Shown here piece after piece: positions 40,034-55,811 of a DNA stretch of 64,000 nt (within the stretch, counting starts at the first letter, position 1; every line of letters starts with the position of its first letter). Source of the DNA: the human T2T-CHM13v2.0 reference genome, Homo sapiens. The notes beneath the pieces are model-generated. The model had not been told where the DNA came from. It made no database searches and was given only the letters and a program-made list of their open reading frames with translations. A program made the position numbers and the translations under genes. The stretch is from the NCBI RefSeq assembly GCF_009914755.1, contig NC_060928.1. One strand, given 5' to 3'.

Positions 40034-40389
40034 CAGTGGTTGGTAAACTTTCACTGTAAAGGGCCAGATAGTAAATATTTTAGGCTTTAAGGTCCATGAG
40101 GTCTCTGTGACAACTACTCAACTCTGTCACTGTAGCTGGAAAGAGGGTATAGACAATATGTGAACGAATAAGCTTGGCCATGTTCCGATAAAGCCTTACA
40201 GACATTGAAATTTGAATTTCATATAATTTTCATGTGTCATGAAATATTATGCACTTTTTTGTTTTCTTTTTTACAACTATTTAAAAATGAGAAAACCACT
40301 CTTAGCTCACAGACCATAAAAAAAAAAAAAAAAAAAAAAACAGGCAATCGGCCAGATTTGGCCTGCAAGCTATAATTTGTCTACCCCTG
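40034..40389 (+). mobile_element. MER58B hAT-Charlie element
   Basis: CAGTGGTTGGTAAACTTT..CTGTAAAGGGCCAGATAGTAAATATTTTAGGCTTT ... GCCAGATTTGGCC...ACCCCTG. Confidence 0.88.
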
Positions 40390-41714
40390 GATATAGATTT
40401 AGAAATCAGAAAAACCTCGCTATAGTCCTAGTTCCATCAATTATTCTCCTAAATTTGATTGAATCACCACATTTGGTGTTCAAAGGAGCATAATATTTTT
40501 TTCTGCCCACCTGGAAGTTTATTAGGAGGATGAGACAAACATCATAAGTTTTAAATATGTTGTATAAAGTAATAGTATTGAAAGCTTGAAAGATCTAGCT
40601 CTTACTTTTCCAGAAATAAATACTAACACTAAGGCCAGGATGATGGTCAATTGATTCTGAGTCATGGAGTCAGTGTGGGGGTGGAAACAAACACATAAGC
40701 CTGTCAATCACCACATCTTCAGATGGAATCAGTAAAGAGGACAAGAAGATACATACCACACACAAAAGTGTGAGCAGCCAGAAGGCCTTCTGAGGTAAAC
40801 AGCAACTCTAAAGGCAAATGGTCACTATCTTTGGTCACATTTGACCCTTGGGTACTGCTGAACCAAAAATTCCTTCTCTCAGGCAATGTTCTGGACTAGA
40901 AGGGGACTACTTCCCAGAGGCTACACTGTAACGTGGGTCCTTAGATCATCATTCTAAATAAACATTCATCTTTCGCTGAAGCTTCTTTGACCATCTTGAG
41001 CTCATGTCTATGGTGCCAACAGCTGACAAAGCCATAAATATTACCCTACATGCAGAAATGTCTTCACACTCACTGCCATAAGGAATTGGAACCCTGCCAC
41101 TGTGCTCTGGAGGGGGCTGGACTTGGGCGGACAGCTCCAGATTTTCAGGTCTGGCACAAGGTAAAGCCAAAGAAAGCAGCAAGGAATAAAGAAAATAGTT
41201 CACAGGAAGAAATATCATTTGCTAACACTGCATGGGGTTATAGACCCCCTGGAACTAAAGTTAATGCCCTTGAGGAGAGTAACTCCTTCCAAATTACTGG
41301 TGTAACCCACCACGGTCATAAGTTCTTAGACAGCAGGGATTTTTCTCCAAATTAATTATCCCAATTCCCCTTCATCCTTAAGACTGTGTGTTTCCTTGAT
41401 GTACACAGAAGTGTTGCATTAACCTTATTCTCAGTTTCTGACTCTTCATACTCAAGTTTGAGGTGAACAGAGAAAATCCATAGCCGTAGCCAGCTCTTGG
41501 CTGTTACTCTCTCCAGAGTCTCGTCTTCTGTCACCTCCTTCCCCATTCCCTCCACCCTGGCACATCATCACCACCTACTTTCAAAAGAACTGAGAAGAAA
41601 GCCATGGTTACCGAATGTCTCTTAGCAACTTGACATCCTCCTCAAAGATGCTCACATAAAAGTGAGGGTGGGCCAAAGGACTCCCTCTAGGAAACAGGGT
41701 AGCCTAATGGAAGG

Positions 41715-41890
41715 GAAATGGATCAACCCCAGCTCTGCCCCTTGTTATGTGGACTGGGACTTATCATTGAAATTCTCTGAGCCTGAACTCCCTATCTGTA
41801 AAATGGGAACAAGACCATCTACTTTAGAGTATTCTGTAAGAATTTAAGGTGATGTGTATTGTATAAATAATAGACATGCTTATAATAAGC
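41715..41890 (+). mobile_element. MIR
   Basis: TCTCTGAGCCTGAACTCCCTATCTGTAAAATGGGAACAA core. Confidence 0.7.
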
Positions 41891-42129
41891 ATTTCTGAGA
41901 ATTCTCAGTATCTTCTACATCTCTGTCTCCAACCACACTTACCCTACAGAGTTCACAAATGCCTATTTATAGGGACATATCTGTGCCACTAAATCACACA
42001 GTGGTGGCCTGGGAAGCAAGGAAACAGCTACATACTTACTTAAAGCCCAGGCTGTAGAGCAACTGGATGATAGCAGGGAGGAGGGATTGGCCTTCTCTTC
42101 CTCAAATGATCTTTGTGGGGTTGTTTGGG

Positions 42130-42384
42130 GCAGAAGTGCACTGGAGCGATCTTGGCTCACTGCAACTTTGACCTGCCAAATTCAAGCGATTCTCATGCCC
42201 CAACCTCTCAAATAGCTGGGATTACAGGCATGCGCCGCCACGCCAGGCTAACTTTTGTATTTTTAGTAGAGAGGGGGTTTCACCATGTTGACCAGGCTGG
42301 TTTTGAACTCCTGACCTCAAGTGACCTGCCCACCTCAGCCTCCCAAAGTGCTGGCGCTACAAGTATAAGCCACCTTGCCCGGCC
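42130..42384 (-). mobile_element. Alu (S-like), lacking 3' end and tail
   Basis: Antisense Alu body ending ...TTGCCCGGCC. Confidence 0.9.
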
Positions 42385-42510
42385 TGATCTTTGAATTAGT
42401 ATATACTGGTAAATTCTCATGCTCCTGGTTGAACTACCTGAATAACTTATACAGTGAATACCATGCAGTGCCTGAGAGGAAAGAAAAGTGCTGTGGATGA
42501 TCATTTTCAA

Positions 42511-42628
42511 CACACACCCACACATACACACACATACACATACACGCACATACACATACACACACATACACATACACACACATACACATACACACACATA
42601 CACATACACGCACATACATGCACATGTG
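42511..42628. repeat. Compound (CA/TA)n microsatellite
   Basis: Mostly alternating purine-pyrimidine CACATA/CACA repeats. Confidence 0.95.
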
Positions 42629-44004
42629 GTTATGCTTGCAAGTTTGAATTATTGAGAAAAACACTCAAGGAGCTCCCAAAGCTCACCCTCCAGAAACCAT
42701 TATCTTTTCTGCAGCAAGAGATAGAATATAATCAGGAAAAAAATATTTTTTAACCTGAAAAACTAAATGTCAACTAGATAAAACAATGAAAAACATCATA
42801 CCATAATTGCAATTATTTGTGGGGATGGGTGTGAGGAGGGTTAAAACTTACATTAGTCTCAAACTTAGCTGTGTGTGCTTGATGATAGGATTCCTTCCTT
42901 CAAAATTCTCAGGAAAGATGAGAATGAAACAGATGACCCAGTCAGGCAATGAAGTTGAAAGTGCTGAACCCCGAGAAAGATCCTTCATGTTGGAGTGGGG
43001 GAGTGGGATAGGGGAATATATTTTACCATAAGGCTTTTACCACAATGTTTTCTTCCTTTTTCTTTTTCATAGTAATTCTGCATATTAACATACTCCTAAA
43101 TAGATCCATCTTAAAAAGAAAACAAAAACACCAAACTATGTTCATGTGTAATCTAAGCTGATGAAATACTAACCTGCAAATTTGGCAGGTGGGGAAGAAA
43201 GGAAGGACAAGGTCAAAGAAGAAGGACATTGTCATAATTACCAGCTATTACAAATAATATAAACAACAAGAATGGAGGTTGCCAGGCCCAGTGTGATGGG
43301 TTCCTGTTTAAAAGCTCAGCACTGTCATTAGTAAATGAATAGTGATGTGGCATTATCTCAGACTCTCTAAGTGATGGTTTGACAGAAAGTCGATGGCTAC
43401 ACAATTTTACTGCATACCAGAAATAAAAATAAAAAGGTCTGGTTTGCCATAAACACATTTCATAATTAGAGCACTGACAGATGGAGTCCTTATTCTGGTT
43501 CTAAATTGCTGCATCTTCATTTCTTCAGGGTTTATTTTGAGTTCCACCTGCACAAGCACTCCAAGTTAAAGGATAACAAGAAATGATTCATGTGTTCCCC
43601 AGGGCTTGGGGAAATCCCATGCTTCTTTTTGTCTTTCATTCTTTACCAACTGCCCTGGGCCCATTTATTAAACAAACAATGCTGAGCATTCATGTTCCAG
43701 GATTAGGCTGGGTACTGCTGGGAGGATAGAGAAGAATGAGATATATGCATGCCTTCAAGAGATGATGAAGCTGTGAAGCTTATTCTTTGAGAAGTTTGAC
43801 TAAGTTCTGTTTTGGTTCTCTTTTCTTTTCTCTTCCTTGTCTTCCCCATCCTTCCTGTGATCTCGTTTCTCTTTGTGCCAATTCTATGCTTGTACACACT
43901 TCTATAAACTTTTCCATTTTATATTGCATTTTTTACGTTCCTTATCTCAAGAGAACTCTTTGGAAGCAGTGACCATGCCATAAGCCATACTTCTCCTATT
44001 CTAC

Positions 44005-44307
44005 TTTTTGTTTTATTCTTTTTGAGACTGGGTCTCACTCTGTCATTCAGGATGGAGTCCAGTGGCACAATCATAGCTCAATGCAGCCTCAGCCTCCCGG
44101 GGCTCAGGTGATCCTCCCACCACAGCCTCCAAAGTAGCTGGACTATAGGCGCACACCACCACACCCAGCTAATTTGTTTGTATTTTCTGTAGAGATTGGG
44201 TTTTGCCACGTTGCCCAGGCTAGTCTGGAATTCCTGGACTCAAGTGATCTGCCCACCTCAGCCTCCCAAAGTGTTAGGATTACAAGCGTGAGCCACCACA
44301 CCCAGCC
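44005..44307 (-). mobile_element. AluJ
   Basis: CACAATCATAGCTCA and GGCTCAGGTGATCCTCCCACC J diagnostics. Confidence 0.92.
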
Positions 44308-44419
44308 ATACTCGCTACTCTAAATGACACAATGGCTATAGATTTTTTTTTAATGTATTGATATTTTAAAAAGATATTTAAATAGTAGATATTTCAAAAG
44401 ATTTGTTGAATATAAACAT

Positions 44420-45920
44420 AACCATCCACTTTTATGGCTTCAACTACTAACTAAATGATATTCATTTTAAATGTGTTTGTCCATCCCTGGTGCCTCTCCC
44501 AAGCTTCAAATTCTTTATTTCCAATTGCCTATTACATATCTCCATTCAAATGTCCCATAAGCATCTATAAGTCGACTTGTCCAGAACTGAACATATTATA
44601 GTCCTCTACTCCAAATCTGTCTCCAATTGCTCATATCTTGGTTAATGGTGAGACCATCTATTCATTCTTTCAACCACAGTGTCTTTTTTGACTCCTCTCC
44701 CTTCCTTACCTTTCTCTCAAATCATCCTATCCTATTGATGCTACTATAGAAGACTCTCAAATCATAAAGCTTCCTTTTCTCATTGCCCTTGCCACTGCCT
44801 TAGTTCAGAGCCTAGTCACCTCCTATTTCATTTTCTACCAGATTTCCATGCTACCAGTCCATCCTCTACATTCCTACCACAATGTCTACCTAAACCAAAT
44901 GTGATTCTGCAATTTGCCTGTTTAATGATCTCGGCCGGCCCCTCAGTGCCTACTGTACTTGCATCTAAGGATGGTGTCTGTTGACAATCCGACTACACCT
45001 TATTTTGTCAGGCTATATTCTTACACTAGATCCTTACAGTGTAAGAATCCTATAAACTAGCCACAAACCCATAGATTGTTCTCTGGACAAGCCAAGGAGA
45101 CTGCCAAGTCCTTGCACATACTATTGTATTTCCTCTGCCTAAAAATCCCTTCCCCTAATCAACTGGTCAATGGCCACTTCCCTCCGAAAAGATTTCTCTG
45201 ATTCCCCGAAGAGTAGTTAGTTAGTGGTTTCCATCTGTGTTCCTAAAGTCCTTCATTCTCGTGTATTTTATAATATCTTATGCAGTTCTTGCTAGCTAGA
45301 CTGAAAACTCAGTGAGTGCTAATGAAGGCAATTTTATTCATCTCTGTCACTCCAGATGCATGATTCATAGCCAATGGATGTTTGATAAAATAATGAATGA
45401 ATCACTAGTTTAATAGTGTAAGGCTGATTAGAGATATAGTTAGGCACCACCAGTGTATATAAGGATAGTCAAACCCACAGATATGACTGAGATTGCCTAG
45501 GAAAGTGTTTAATTATAAGAAATAAGGAACTGAAGGAAGCCCCAGAAAACACTGATATTTATTAAGATGAATAGAAAGAAGAGCCAGCCAAGGAAATTGA
45601 GAAAAGGTAGTCGGAGGAGTAGGAAAAGAGCCAGACGAGAATGTTGTCACAGAACAAGCCCAGGAAACAATCCCTCCCAGTCTCCCAAATCAGGACTAAA
45701 ATTTTCTATCTCCTCCCACCTCACATCATACTTATCCCTATCACAGTGCTTATCATCATACACTTAACTGTCTACTTACCTGTAACTCTCATAGAATATT
45801 AGTTCCTCAAAGACACGGACTCTGTCATATTGACGGCGTATCCTCTGTACTTGGCATAGTACATGACACATAGCCAGTGTTCAATAAATATTTGTAGAAT
45901 GATTGAAGGGATAAATGATT
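44420..45920. mobile_element. Cluster of L2 fragments (mostly +, with an antisense piece near 45440-45660)
   Basis: L2 motifs and 3' termini TAATGAATGAAT (45392) and GTTCAATAAATATTTGTAGAATGATTGAA (45878). Confidence 0.65.
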
Positions 45921-47389
45921 AAATAAACGAGTGAGATGCAACTAAGAAATCACATAAGAACTGAAAGAGGTCCCCAATTTTAGTATTCAGAAAGATATTG
46001 GGTGACTCTGGTCTTAACGTTTTGCCACATATACCCATACTCTCATTGGTTTCACATTGGAATGTCCAAGAATTTGAAATAAAATAAAAAGCCTCATGGC
46101 TTGTCACTTGGCCTTCCTTCCCAGAGTGATCACTTTGACGATGGATGGATGGCTCTGAATAGGTGCAAATAGTTTTCATTCAATGGTTTTCAACCAGATA
46201 ACACATAATAGAGTCATTATGTCCCTTAAGAGATTGAAAGTTAAATATATCATTTCAAAATTGCTTCAGCATATATAGTATCATCTTTAAGCCAAAGAAA
46301 TTTTAAACAATGGTAATCAACTCATGCCTTGGTGATCTCAAATTTTCAGCTATTATTTCCTGTACATGTTGCAGTCATATGCCCACTATTTGAGAAATCA
46401 TTGTGAAATGGGACAACAGAATATTTATCATCATAAGATCCTAAGTTGCTGATATAAAAAGTATTTCTATAATAAACCCCAAGACAAATGAATGGAACAG
46501 AACCGCTGACAGATTGCTAATGTTTCATTTTTAGATTTACAAATGAGGGGAACCTGTAAAAGGAGGATTGAAAATGGAAAACATAAGTACATCCTGTAGA
46601 CAACAAATGCCCTTCAGGATATGAGGTAGGGAATTAAAAGGCAATGCATTTCAGCAGTTTCTGAGAGTTGCTGGGAATTGAAATTTAGGTACCTCTGGCC
46701 TGTGAAAACACAGTGACAATCAGTAAGCTGTTTTCTTCTCTCTCTGCCCTTGTCTTTACCAGTGAGTGCCATTTGAACGCAGAGGACTGTCAAAGCAAAG
46801 ATGTACGAAAGGAAGTTGCTCTTCATTTCTCAGCCTTGCCCCTTGGGAAGTAAAGGGACATTGACTAAGCATTTCCTATCAACTGCATCTTGCCTACAGC
46901 CTGGATCTCCAGGACACTTATGGACTCTGACAGAAACCATAACATAGAGCTGATAAACTAGCTTTCTATAAGGAAGAGACTTGGAGGAAATATTCCTTGG
47001 GGTTTTATTTTTATTTTTTTATTTTTTTGGTTGGGGGTTGTTTGTTTCAATTCAAGGCATTTTGAAAACTGTCTCCTCAAGTGGTCTACCAGAAGACTAA
47101 GGGGATCCAAACACTCTACATGAGTTTGACACACCCCATGCTGTCTCTTGCAGAGCACCATTACTCTCTGGAGAAGCAATTCACCTCTCGGAGACATCGA
47201 GTTCTGGTTCTACCCTTTTGATCACAAAGATTGAGACTAGAGTTCAGAAAAATCATTCTTAGGTTGTTTAATCAAAGATTTTTAATCAATATTTTTAAAG
47301 GATTGTCAGAAAACTACATTATTCAAAGAGGGCTGAGTTCTATATGTTAGAAAAATGTTCTGGTATTAAAGGGAACGGTAAAATATCAA

Positions 47390-47632
47390 TGTAACAGGGT
47401 AGGAAAAGTCTAAGATTTATAATCAGAAATACACCATTTCAAACAGTGACCCGTACTAGTAGTATGACAAGTTACAAGTTGTACAAGTTACTGACCTTTC
47501 TAGGCCTCGGTTTTCTCACCCATAAAATAGAAAGAAAAAAAGCCCACTTTCCAGCATATGAGTATTAAATACATCATATTCGCAAAGTGCATACGTCCAG
47601 ACTATACTGGACATTCAATAAATATTATTATC
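47390..47632 (+). mobile_element. MIR
   Basis: CAAGTTACTGACCTTTCTAGGCCTCGGTTTTCTCACCCATAAAATAG core. Confidence 0.7.
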
Positions 47633-47668
47633 TCTTCCACTCTTAACTCCCTACAAAATTTTATTAGA

Positions 47669-48069
<401 letters not shown>

Positions 48070-48859
48070 TTATCAAATTAAAAGTTGATTATGAGATATC
48101 ACTAAGAAAGAGAAGTGCTACCAATATAATTGTATGTTGCTATTAATTATATAAAGCATCATAATTTCAGAAATGTTAAAATATAAAATATGTGCATATT
48201 TTTGTAAAATCAATAAAATACATTAAAGTGTCTAGGATTTTAGATAAGCTTGGAAATACAACAGACACAAGAAACAGAAAACAAAGAGACCCGTATTTCC
48301 TCCTATTGCTTAATCTCTTATCTTTGGAGGAAAGAAAAATCATTAAGGTGCAGGCCTGAGAGTCAAGCAATTGCTCAGTTAAGAGTTCCTTTAAATACCA
48401 GTTTACTTGGTTTATACCAGTGACTAGATACACAGAAACAACATTTGAGGGAAAAGGCATATGGAAGGAAGAAATAAAGAGCATTTTGTGTTTTACCGCC
48501 TTCTTTAAAAATCTTAATTTCAAGGTTTTTTAATACTTTGGTTTAAGTACTTAAGGTATGTAGTTCTAAATCTATAAGGAGATTAAATGGTAGTTTTCAA
48601 AGCTTGTAGAACAACACACACATAGAGCACTCCTGACCACTTAGTTATGTAACCTATAGCGACATTTAGTGGTGGTGCCCGCAAATTACAACTAGGTGTC
48701 CCAAAGGGGTAGGACAATTGTTTGTATAAAATGACTCAACAAAATTCTCCTTTATCATAGTGTGAGTGATGTCGCATAATCCTGCCCAGAAGGTTATTAA
48801 GAGGTCTTCTGGAGGTGGTGCTAGAGGTGGTAGAAGCTATGTCATTGCAATCTTACATT

Positions 48860-49619
48860 TGAGAACTAAACACTGACCTTTTTCTTCTCTTGCCCAAATT
48901 TGTATCTAAGGGGACTGGTGGGTTACACCCTACAATCCATAATGTCTCATCAAAGGGGTTTTATTTAACCCTATATAATGTGGCTCACTTTCCAACCTGA
49001 CTCTGGCATAACATCACACGACAGATAAAGAAGGAAATCAAAGTAGTTCAAGCCCAAATATGTTTTATTTGCCATGTCCTGAAATAGTCCTGCAAAGCTG
49101 ACTGATTTGGGGAAAATCTACATTCTGAAGAGAATCCCCTTGCTTTTCCTTCCTTTTTCCTGATCTAGGAGAAAGAAATCAACTCTGATAAGAAACATTT
49201 ATAATCTATTATCTCTAAAGTCAGCTCTCTGGAGACCTCCTCTGCATAAGATAAGGGGTTGGTTGGTGTCCACAACTCCTTATCTTAACCAAGACATTCT
49301 TTTCTATTGAGTCAAGGCCTTTAAACTCTTTAACTCTTTAAACCAATTGCCAATCAGAAAATCCTTGAATCTACCTATGACCTGGAAGCCCTCGATTCCA
49401 GTGGTCCTGCCTTTCCTGACCAAACCAATGTATCTCTTACAAATACTGGCTGACGCCTTGTGTCTCCCTAAAATGTATAAAATCAAACTGTATCCTGACC
49501 ACCTTGGGTACATGTTCTCAGGATCTCTTGAGGGCTAAGTCACACGTCACTGGTCTTTGATATCTGGCTCAGAATAAATTCCTTCAAAATATTTTAGAGT
49601 TTGACTCTTTTCATTGACA
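48860..49619 (+). mobile_element. MER4D/E-type ERV1 solo LTR
   Basis: TGAGAACTAAACACTGACCTTTTT...CTGACCACCTTGGGTACATGTTCTCAGGATCTC...GAGTTTGACTCTTTTCATTGACA. Near-TSD CATT/TATT. Confidence 0.85.
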
Positions 49620-49664
49620 TATTTTACATAGTTTGGTATTTTCTGCATATGCTTTTCTCCATAA

Positions 49665-49830
49665 TAGAATCATGGTGCTGGAAGAGACCCTAGGGACTAT
49701 CTAATCCAATTCTCCCATTTGCAGATGATAAAGCTGTGACTCAAATATGCTAGCCAAAGGTCACACAGCTAGGAAGGGGCAGTTTCAGGCCTTGCCAAGA
49801 ATTCTAAATGCATTGCTCTTGCAATTAAAT
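49665..49830 (-). mobile_element. MIR3/MIRc
   Basis: TAGAATCATGGTGCTGGAAGAGACCCTAGGG...CCCATTTGCAGATGATAAAGCTG. Confidence 0.6.
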
Positions 49831-50225
49831 GGCTTTGTCATTCATACAGCGCAGATTAGAGTATTGGCTATAGTTTTCAACGCTTATTCATTGAGCATTT
49901 AATATAAAATCAAGTATATTAAAAAGATATTTACGGCTCTGTTAGAAAGTTTAAGATGAATTAGGGATTAGTACATAAAAAACAAAGTCCATGAAAACTA
50001 ATAGTTAAACATACAGTTTTGACAACTCTACGAGATAGATACAGTTACTATGACCATTTTACAGTTCAAGAAATTGAGACAAAGTATTATTGGTAACTAC
50101 TAAGTCCAAAAAAAGAAAAAAACTATAAAAGTTACATAGAAAAGTAAATGCAATCATATTGTAATACATGGCTCAGCTGTTAAGTGATAGTAACACAGGC
50201 TCAATGATAGAAGCTACAACTTTCA

Positions 50226-50876
<651 letters not shown>

Positions 50877-51212
50877 TCAAATTTAAAAACTAAAACATAA
50901 TATAGGCAAATCACTAAAAATATTGCTTTCAAATTATGTGTAAAAAAGACAACCATGTTTCACAAGCATCTCTAAATAAGCTGAAACAGAACATTTTACA
51001 CAATGATCTCTTTATGTTATCTGCACAAGATGTAAAACATCAACCAGTGGCCCATACTCAAAGGCCTTATTCCTATAAGTAAAAGGCAAATCAACTCACA
51101 TTCCTATATTTTAAGTTGAAATAGAGTATTTGTGGGTGTATGTATCATTTTTTATGATTCTCCTCTTTGACTGACTTTTTGAAATCACTGACCAACACCC
51201 CAATGGCATTAG

Positions 51213-51613
51213 TGTAGCCTTGGCTGCTGCAGTGCCCTGCCCACATCTCCTCCTCAGGACTGGAGCACTCACTCCTTCAGCTGCTGGGACTGTTAGTAGA
51301 AGATGGCTCTCAGCTGAGTTATTTTCTAGTGATTGCCTTTAGCCAGCATGCTGCCTAGCCCAAGGTCACTAGACCTTTCCAATAATAGTGGTATAAAGAC
51401 TCGGTCCTCTCGACCCAAGGCAGAGCAACTCTAAGGTGCCGCTCAGCTTCAGAACTCTCCCACGGATCAGCTGGGGCCTCCATTGCAGCTGCTCAGCCTG
51501 CTTCCTGCTCCCTCTTTTCTACAGGTGTTGATCTCATCCTCAGAGCACTCCCCAATAAACTTCTTGCACACAAATCCCCATGTCAGTGTGTGTTTCCAGG
51601 GAATCTGAAGACA
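51213..51613 (+). mobile_element. LTR16C-like ERVL solo LTR
   Basis: TGTAG start, and GAGCACTCCCCAATAAACTTCTTGCACACAAATC...TTTCCAGGGAATC..AAGACA end. Confidence 0.7.
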
Positions 51614-52671
51614 GTCCAGTAAGAGCCTTTTTACTGTTCTACTAGGTACAATAATATTATTATTTTAGTTTAAGAGATATTAAAGACAAAGTCTCTTGAC
51701 TCTTTTACCTTCCTTTATTTAACTTCCTTTTTCAGAGTTTTAAATGGTGCATGCCATGTGCATTAATCTTATCTTACATAGCAGAGTGAAATTTATCTTT
51801 AATGTTTAAGATAAATATTAAACTTATTTAATATTTAATATAATTTACTATTTGAATGTCTACTATATACAAAGTACAGTGAAAAGTGAGGAAGGGGAGG
51901 GCAGAAGAATCCACAATGAGTAAGCAAATGAATCAAATGTGGTTTTTTCCCTCCTTGAAGAGTTTATAATTTGGTAGAAGAGATAAAAATGTACACTAAT
52001 TACTGTAATCACTGGAATGTAACAAAGAAGTAAAAAGTGCTATGGAAGTTCAGAGAGAAGATAATTTTGTTGGTTTTGTATTTGGTTAGGGTGGAAGAAG
52101 TGAAGGGTTGTTAAAATTTCCCTTCTTAACCTACTTCACATCAGCTAGCCTTTCAACACTAGATTGGAGTTCGTTGGATGAAAAAGGCAGAAAAGTGATT
52201 TAAGGCAGATGTAACAGACAAGAGTAAAGGCTTAGAGGTTACAAAGGGTGGTGGTGTTTGGGTAATAACTATTATACTAACAGAGTTTAACTGGAGCACT
52301 GTAGGTACGAAACAGACAAGCAAAGTGAATGCCAGAAGGGGGAATCTGTCTAGAAACGTATCCTCTTCTTCTGTTACAACCACCAAATCAGGCAGATCTT
52401 CTTCTGTCATACCCGCCCAATCAGACATTCTAGGACAGGAACAGTGGCTTTGACCAAGCCAAAGATCATCGCCTTTCAATGTGTCATTAGGAAGGCTGGG
52501 GACTGCCCCCCTGGGTTCCAGGCCATCTGGGCCGCCGTGAGGCTCCTGCCCACTACAGATGCATTTGCTTTTCCATTGAGCTATTGCCAAAGTCCCAGAG
52601 GGATTCTCATTCAAAGGTTTTCCAAAGAATTGCTTTTAATACACTATTACATTATAATTTAAATAGCCTCT

Positions 52672-53207
52672 TGTAGGGTAAATGCACATGACAGCAATAA
52701 CTGAAGCATACTTTTAGAATGACCCTGTATGGCAGATGCACCTGAATCTGTATTCCAAGCTAGGGAATTAGGGAGTGGCCAACCTGGACATTAGTTCCCT
52801 GTCTATGAGAAACACAGGAGCCCCCAAGCCCCATTCTGTGGAACACAGACCATAACAGAGAATTGAGGCCTTGAGTTTTCAGCTTGATGAAGGTTAAAGG
52901 GGGAGATCGTTAGCGGGAGTGTTCTGTGAAAATGCTGTATGAACTGCATGCTGTTTGCAAGCACTGTGGTTTTCCTACCCAGCCCGCCACCACTGGGTCA
53001 AGTGGATATGTTGTCTGGTCCACCACCACTGGACTATTTCTGTATGTAAGGTGGGGTTCTCCTATCTAGCCGCCACCACTGAACTCTCTCCCCTGTATGT
53101 AATCCCCTCATAAAACCCCATGTCTCATTTGCTGGTTCTAGGTCTCTTCTTCAGCCTCTTGAACCTGATGCCTTTCCTGTTGAGGTTAATAGTTGTTTAA
53201 CACAACA
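52672..53207 (+). mobile_element. MER66-like ERV1 solo LTR
   Basis: TGTAGGGTAAATGCACATGACAGCAATAAC...GAATGACCCTGTATGGCAGA...CACAACA, with three internal CCACCACTG repeats. Confidence 0.75.
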
Positions 53208-53639
53208 TCTCTCCAGGAAAAAAAAAAAAAAATTAAACTTTTTCATCAGCCAAATTTCAAATTTCTACAAAGTATCTTTTAGTATTTGCTATCATAATTT
53301 TCTCATAGAATATTTTGATTATCTATTTTTCTAAATGTACTCTTTTGTAAAGATCTCCGTAATTTAACTGAACAAAAGCTGTTTAATTCACTGTGAATGG
53401 ATATTCTTTTTATTCAGTGCCCTCCTTTTAATTTTACATTTCTACCAACTTCAGCCCAAATCCACTGACTTGGAAAACCATGTTCCACCTTTTATTTACA
53501 AGGCAGTGGGGAGGAGGGAGTCAAACTCTCTTCCCTTCCTGATAATTAGTGGTCTAATTAGCAACCAATCAGTGTTCTGTGTTTTTCCTAAATATCTGAC
53601 CATTTTTTAAGTCACAGCCATATTTATTATATGAAGAGG

Positions 53640-54300
53640 TCATGTTTGTATAATTTTAGGCTTTGGTACATTCACAATTGCATAAGTATACCCCGAAACG
53701 AACCTTTTCCATCCTAAACTTCTGAACACAAACCACCCAGTGACCATTTCAGACCATTGCATAGTGATGCTACCAGCTGGCTAACAGTTCAGTTCCAGCA
53801 GTGACACCTTCTTTGCCTGTGTCACAGTATCTTTTGTGGGCAATTTTTTGGCTATTTTATTTTGTCCTTTTTTTGTAAAGCCAAAATGAGACAAAAATAA
53901 ATTCATATGCTAAAATTAATGATAATAAATGAAGATCTCATCAAAATCATACAAGAGAGACAAAGAAGCAAATTCTTAGCTCTCCCAAAAGTGGAAACTC
54001 CTAACTTTCAATCAAGACATGATGGAACTTAAACTTGTCAATCATGTATTTAATGGGAAAGAAAAAAATTAAAGAATGTATATGAAATGAGACAAATATA
54101 TCAATGAATAGGATATCTAAAAGGAGTAATTAGGATTTTAGAATACATTTTTAGCTCTCTAGCACTAGCTATCCATCCCACCCCATGGCACCTTGAAATT
54201 TTCAAGTCCATTGATCATCTTTTATGCATTCATCTTTCATGCACATTTTCAAGAATGCGTTATGCCTGGAAATTGGCAAACACGCTAATTCAGAGATAAT
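53640..54300. mobile_element. Possible old Tigger-family fragment
   Basis: Degenerate resemblance to ancient Tigger MITEs only. Confidence 0.25.
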
Positions 54301-55005
54301 CTTATTTCAACATGGCAGTATAGGCAGATATTCAAATAAGGACATTATTTATAAGAAAACATATAAAGCTCATGGCTAGTTACCAGAAAACAAAAGCTAT
54401 CATTATTTGAAATTTAGAGCAGATTCATTAATCTCTGCGAAAGAAAACAGAATTTCATAACTGGAGGAAAAATAAGACATATGAATCATGCCTCCATATA
54501 ATGCAGTTCTATAAAAACCTGAAATAAGCAAGAAAAAAACGAGGGCCTAGAGAAAGAAAGTCAAATGTGAGTGAATGATTAAATACATATGCACTCAAGA
54601 GGGACACTAATCTATTCAAAACATGAAGCAGGTAGCAGAAAGATTGGACCAGGTTTGGTCTGATGACAGAGTTGTTCAGCTTCCAGCATTCCATGCCAAC
54701 ATTACAGAATTTGCTCTCCTGTTGGAAATCTCCCTCATTTTTCACCAAGGAAGAATCAAGGGCTTTTAATTAATTGTGCAAGTGAAGGGAATAACCTGTT
54801 GCTGTTCAAATTCTCTGACTTTACAGACAGGTTCACCATTGGGACTAAGAAACCTATGAGATGATAAATTGGTCATTAATTTTATGTTTTCACATCCAGT
54901 TATTCCTACCAGACTCTTTACTCCTAGTACTTAGGAAGAAGTTTCCAAACCCCATCATCAGAAATGTGTGGAACCTTCTAAACTGCCCCCAAAATAGAGA
55001 GTTCA

Positions 55006-55811
<806 letters not shown>

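Noticed and set aside
42280-42753. Cys/Val-rich and His/Thr-rich ORFs
   Set aside because: They are microsatellite translation artefacts.
46730-46855. Plus-strand polypyrimidine acceptor near 46762
   Set aside because: Only weak donors follow and there is no supporting frame.
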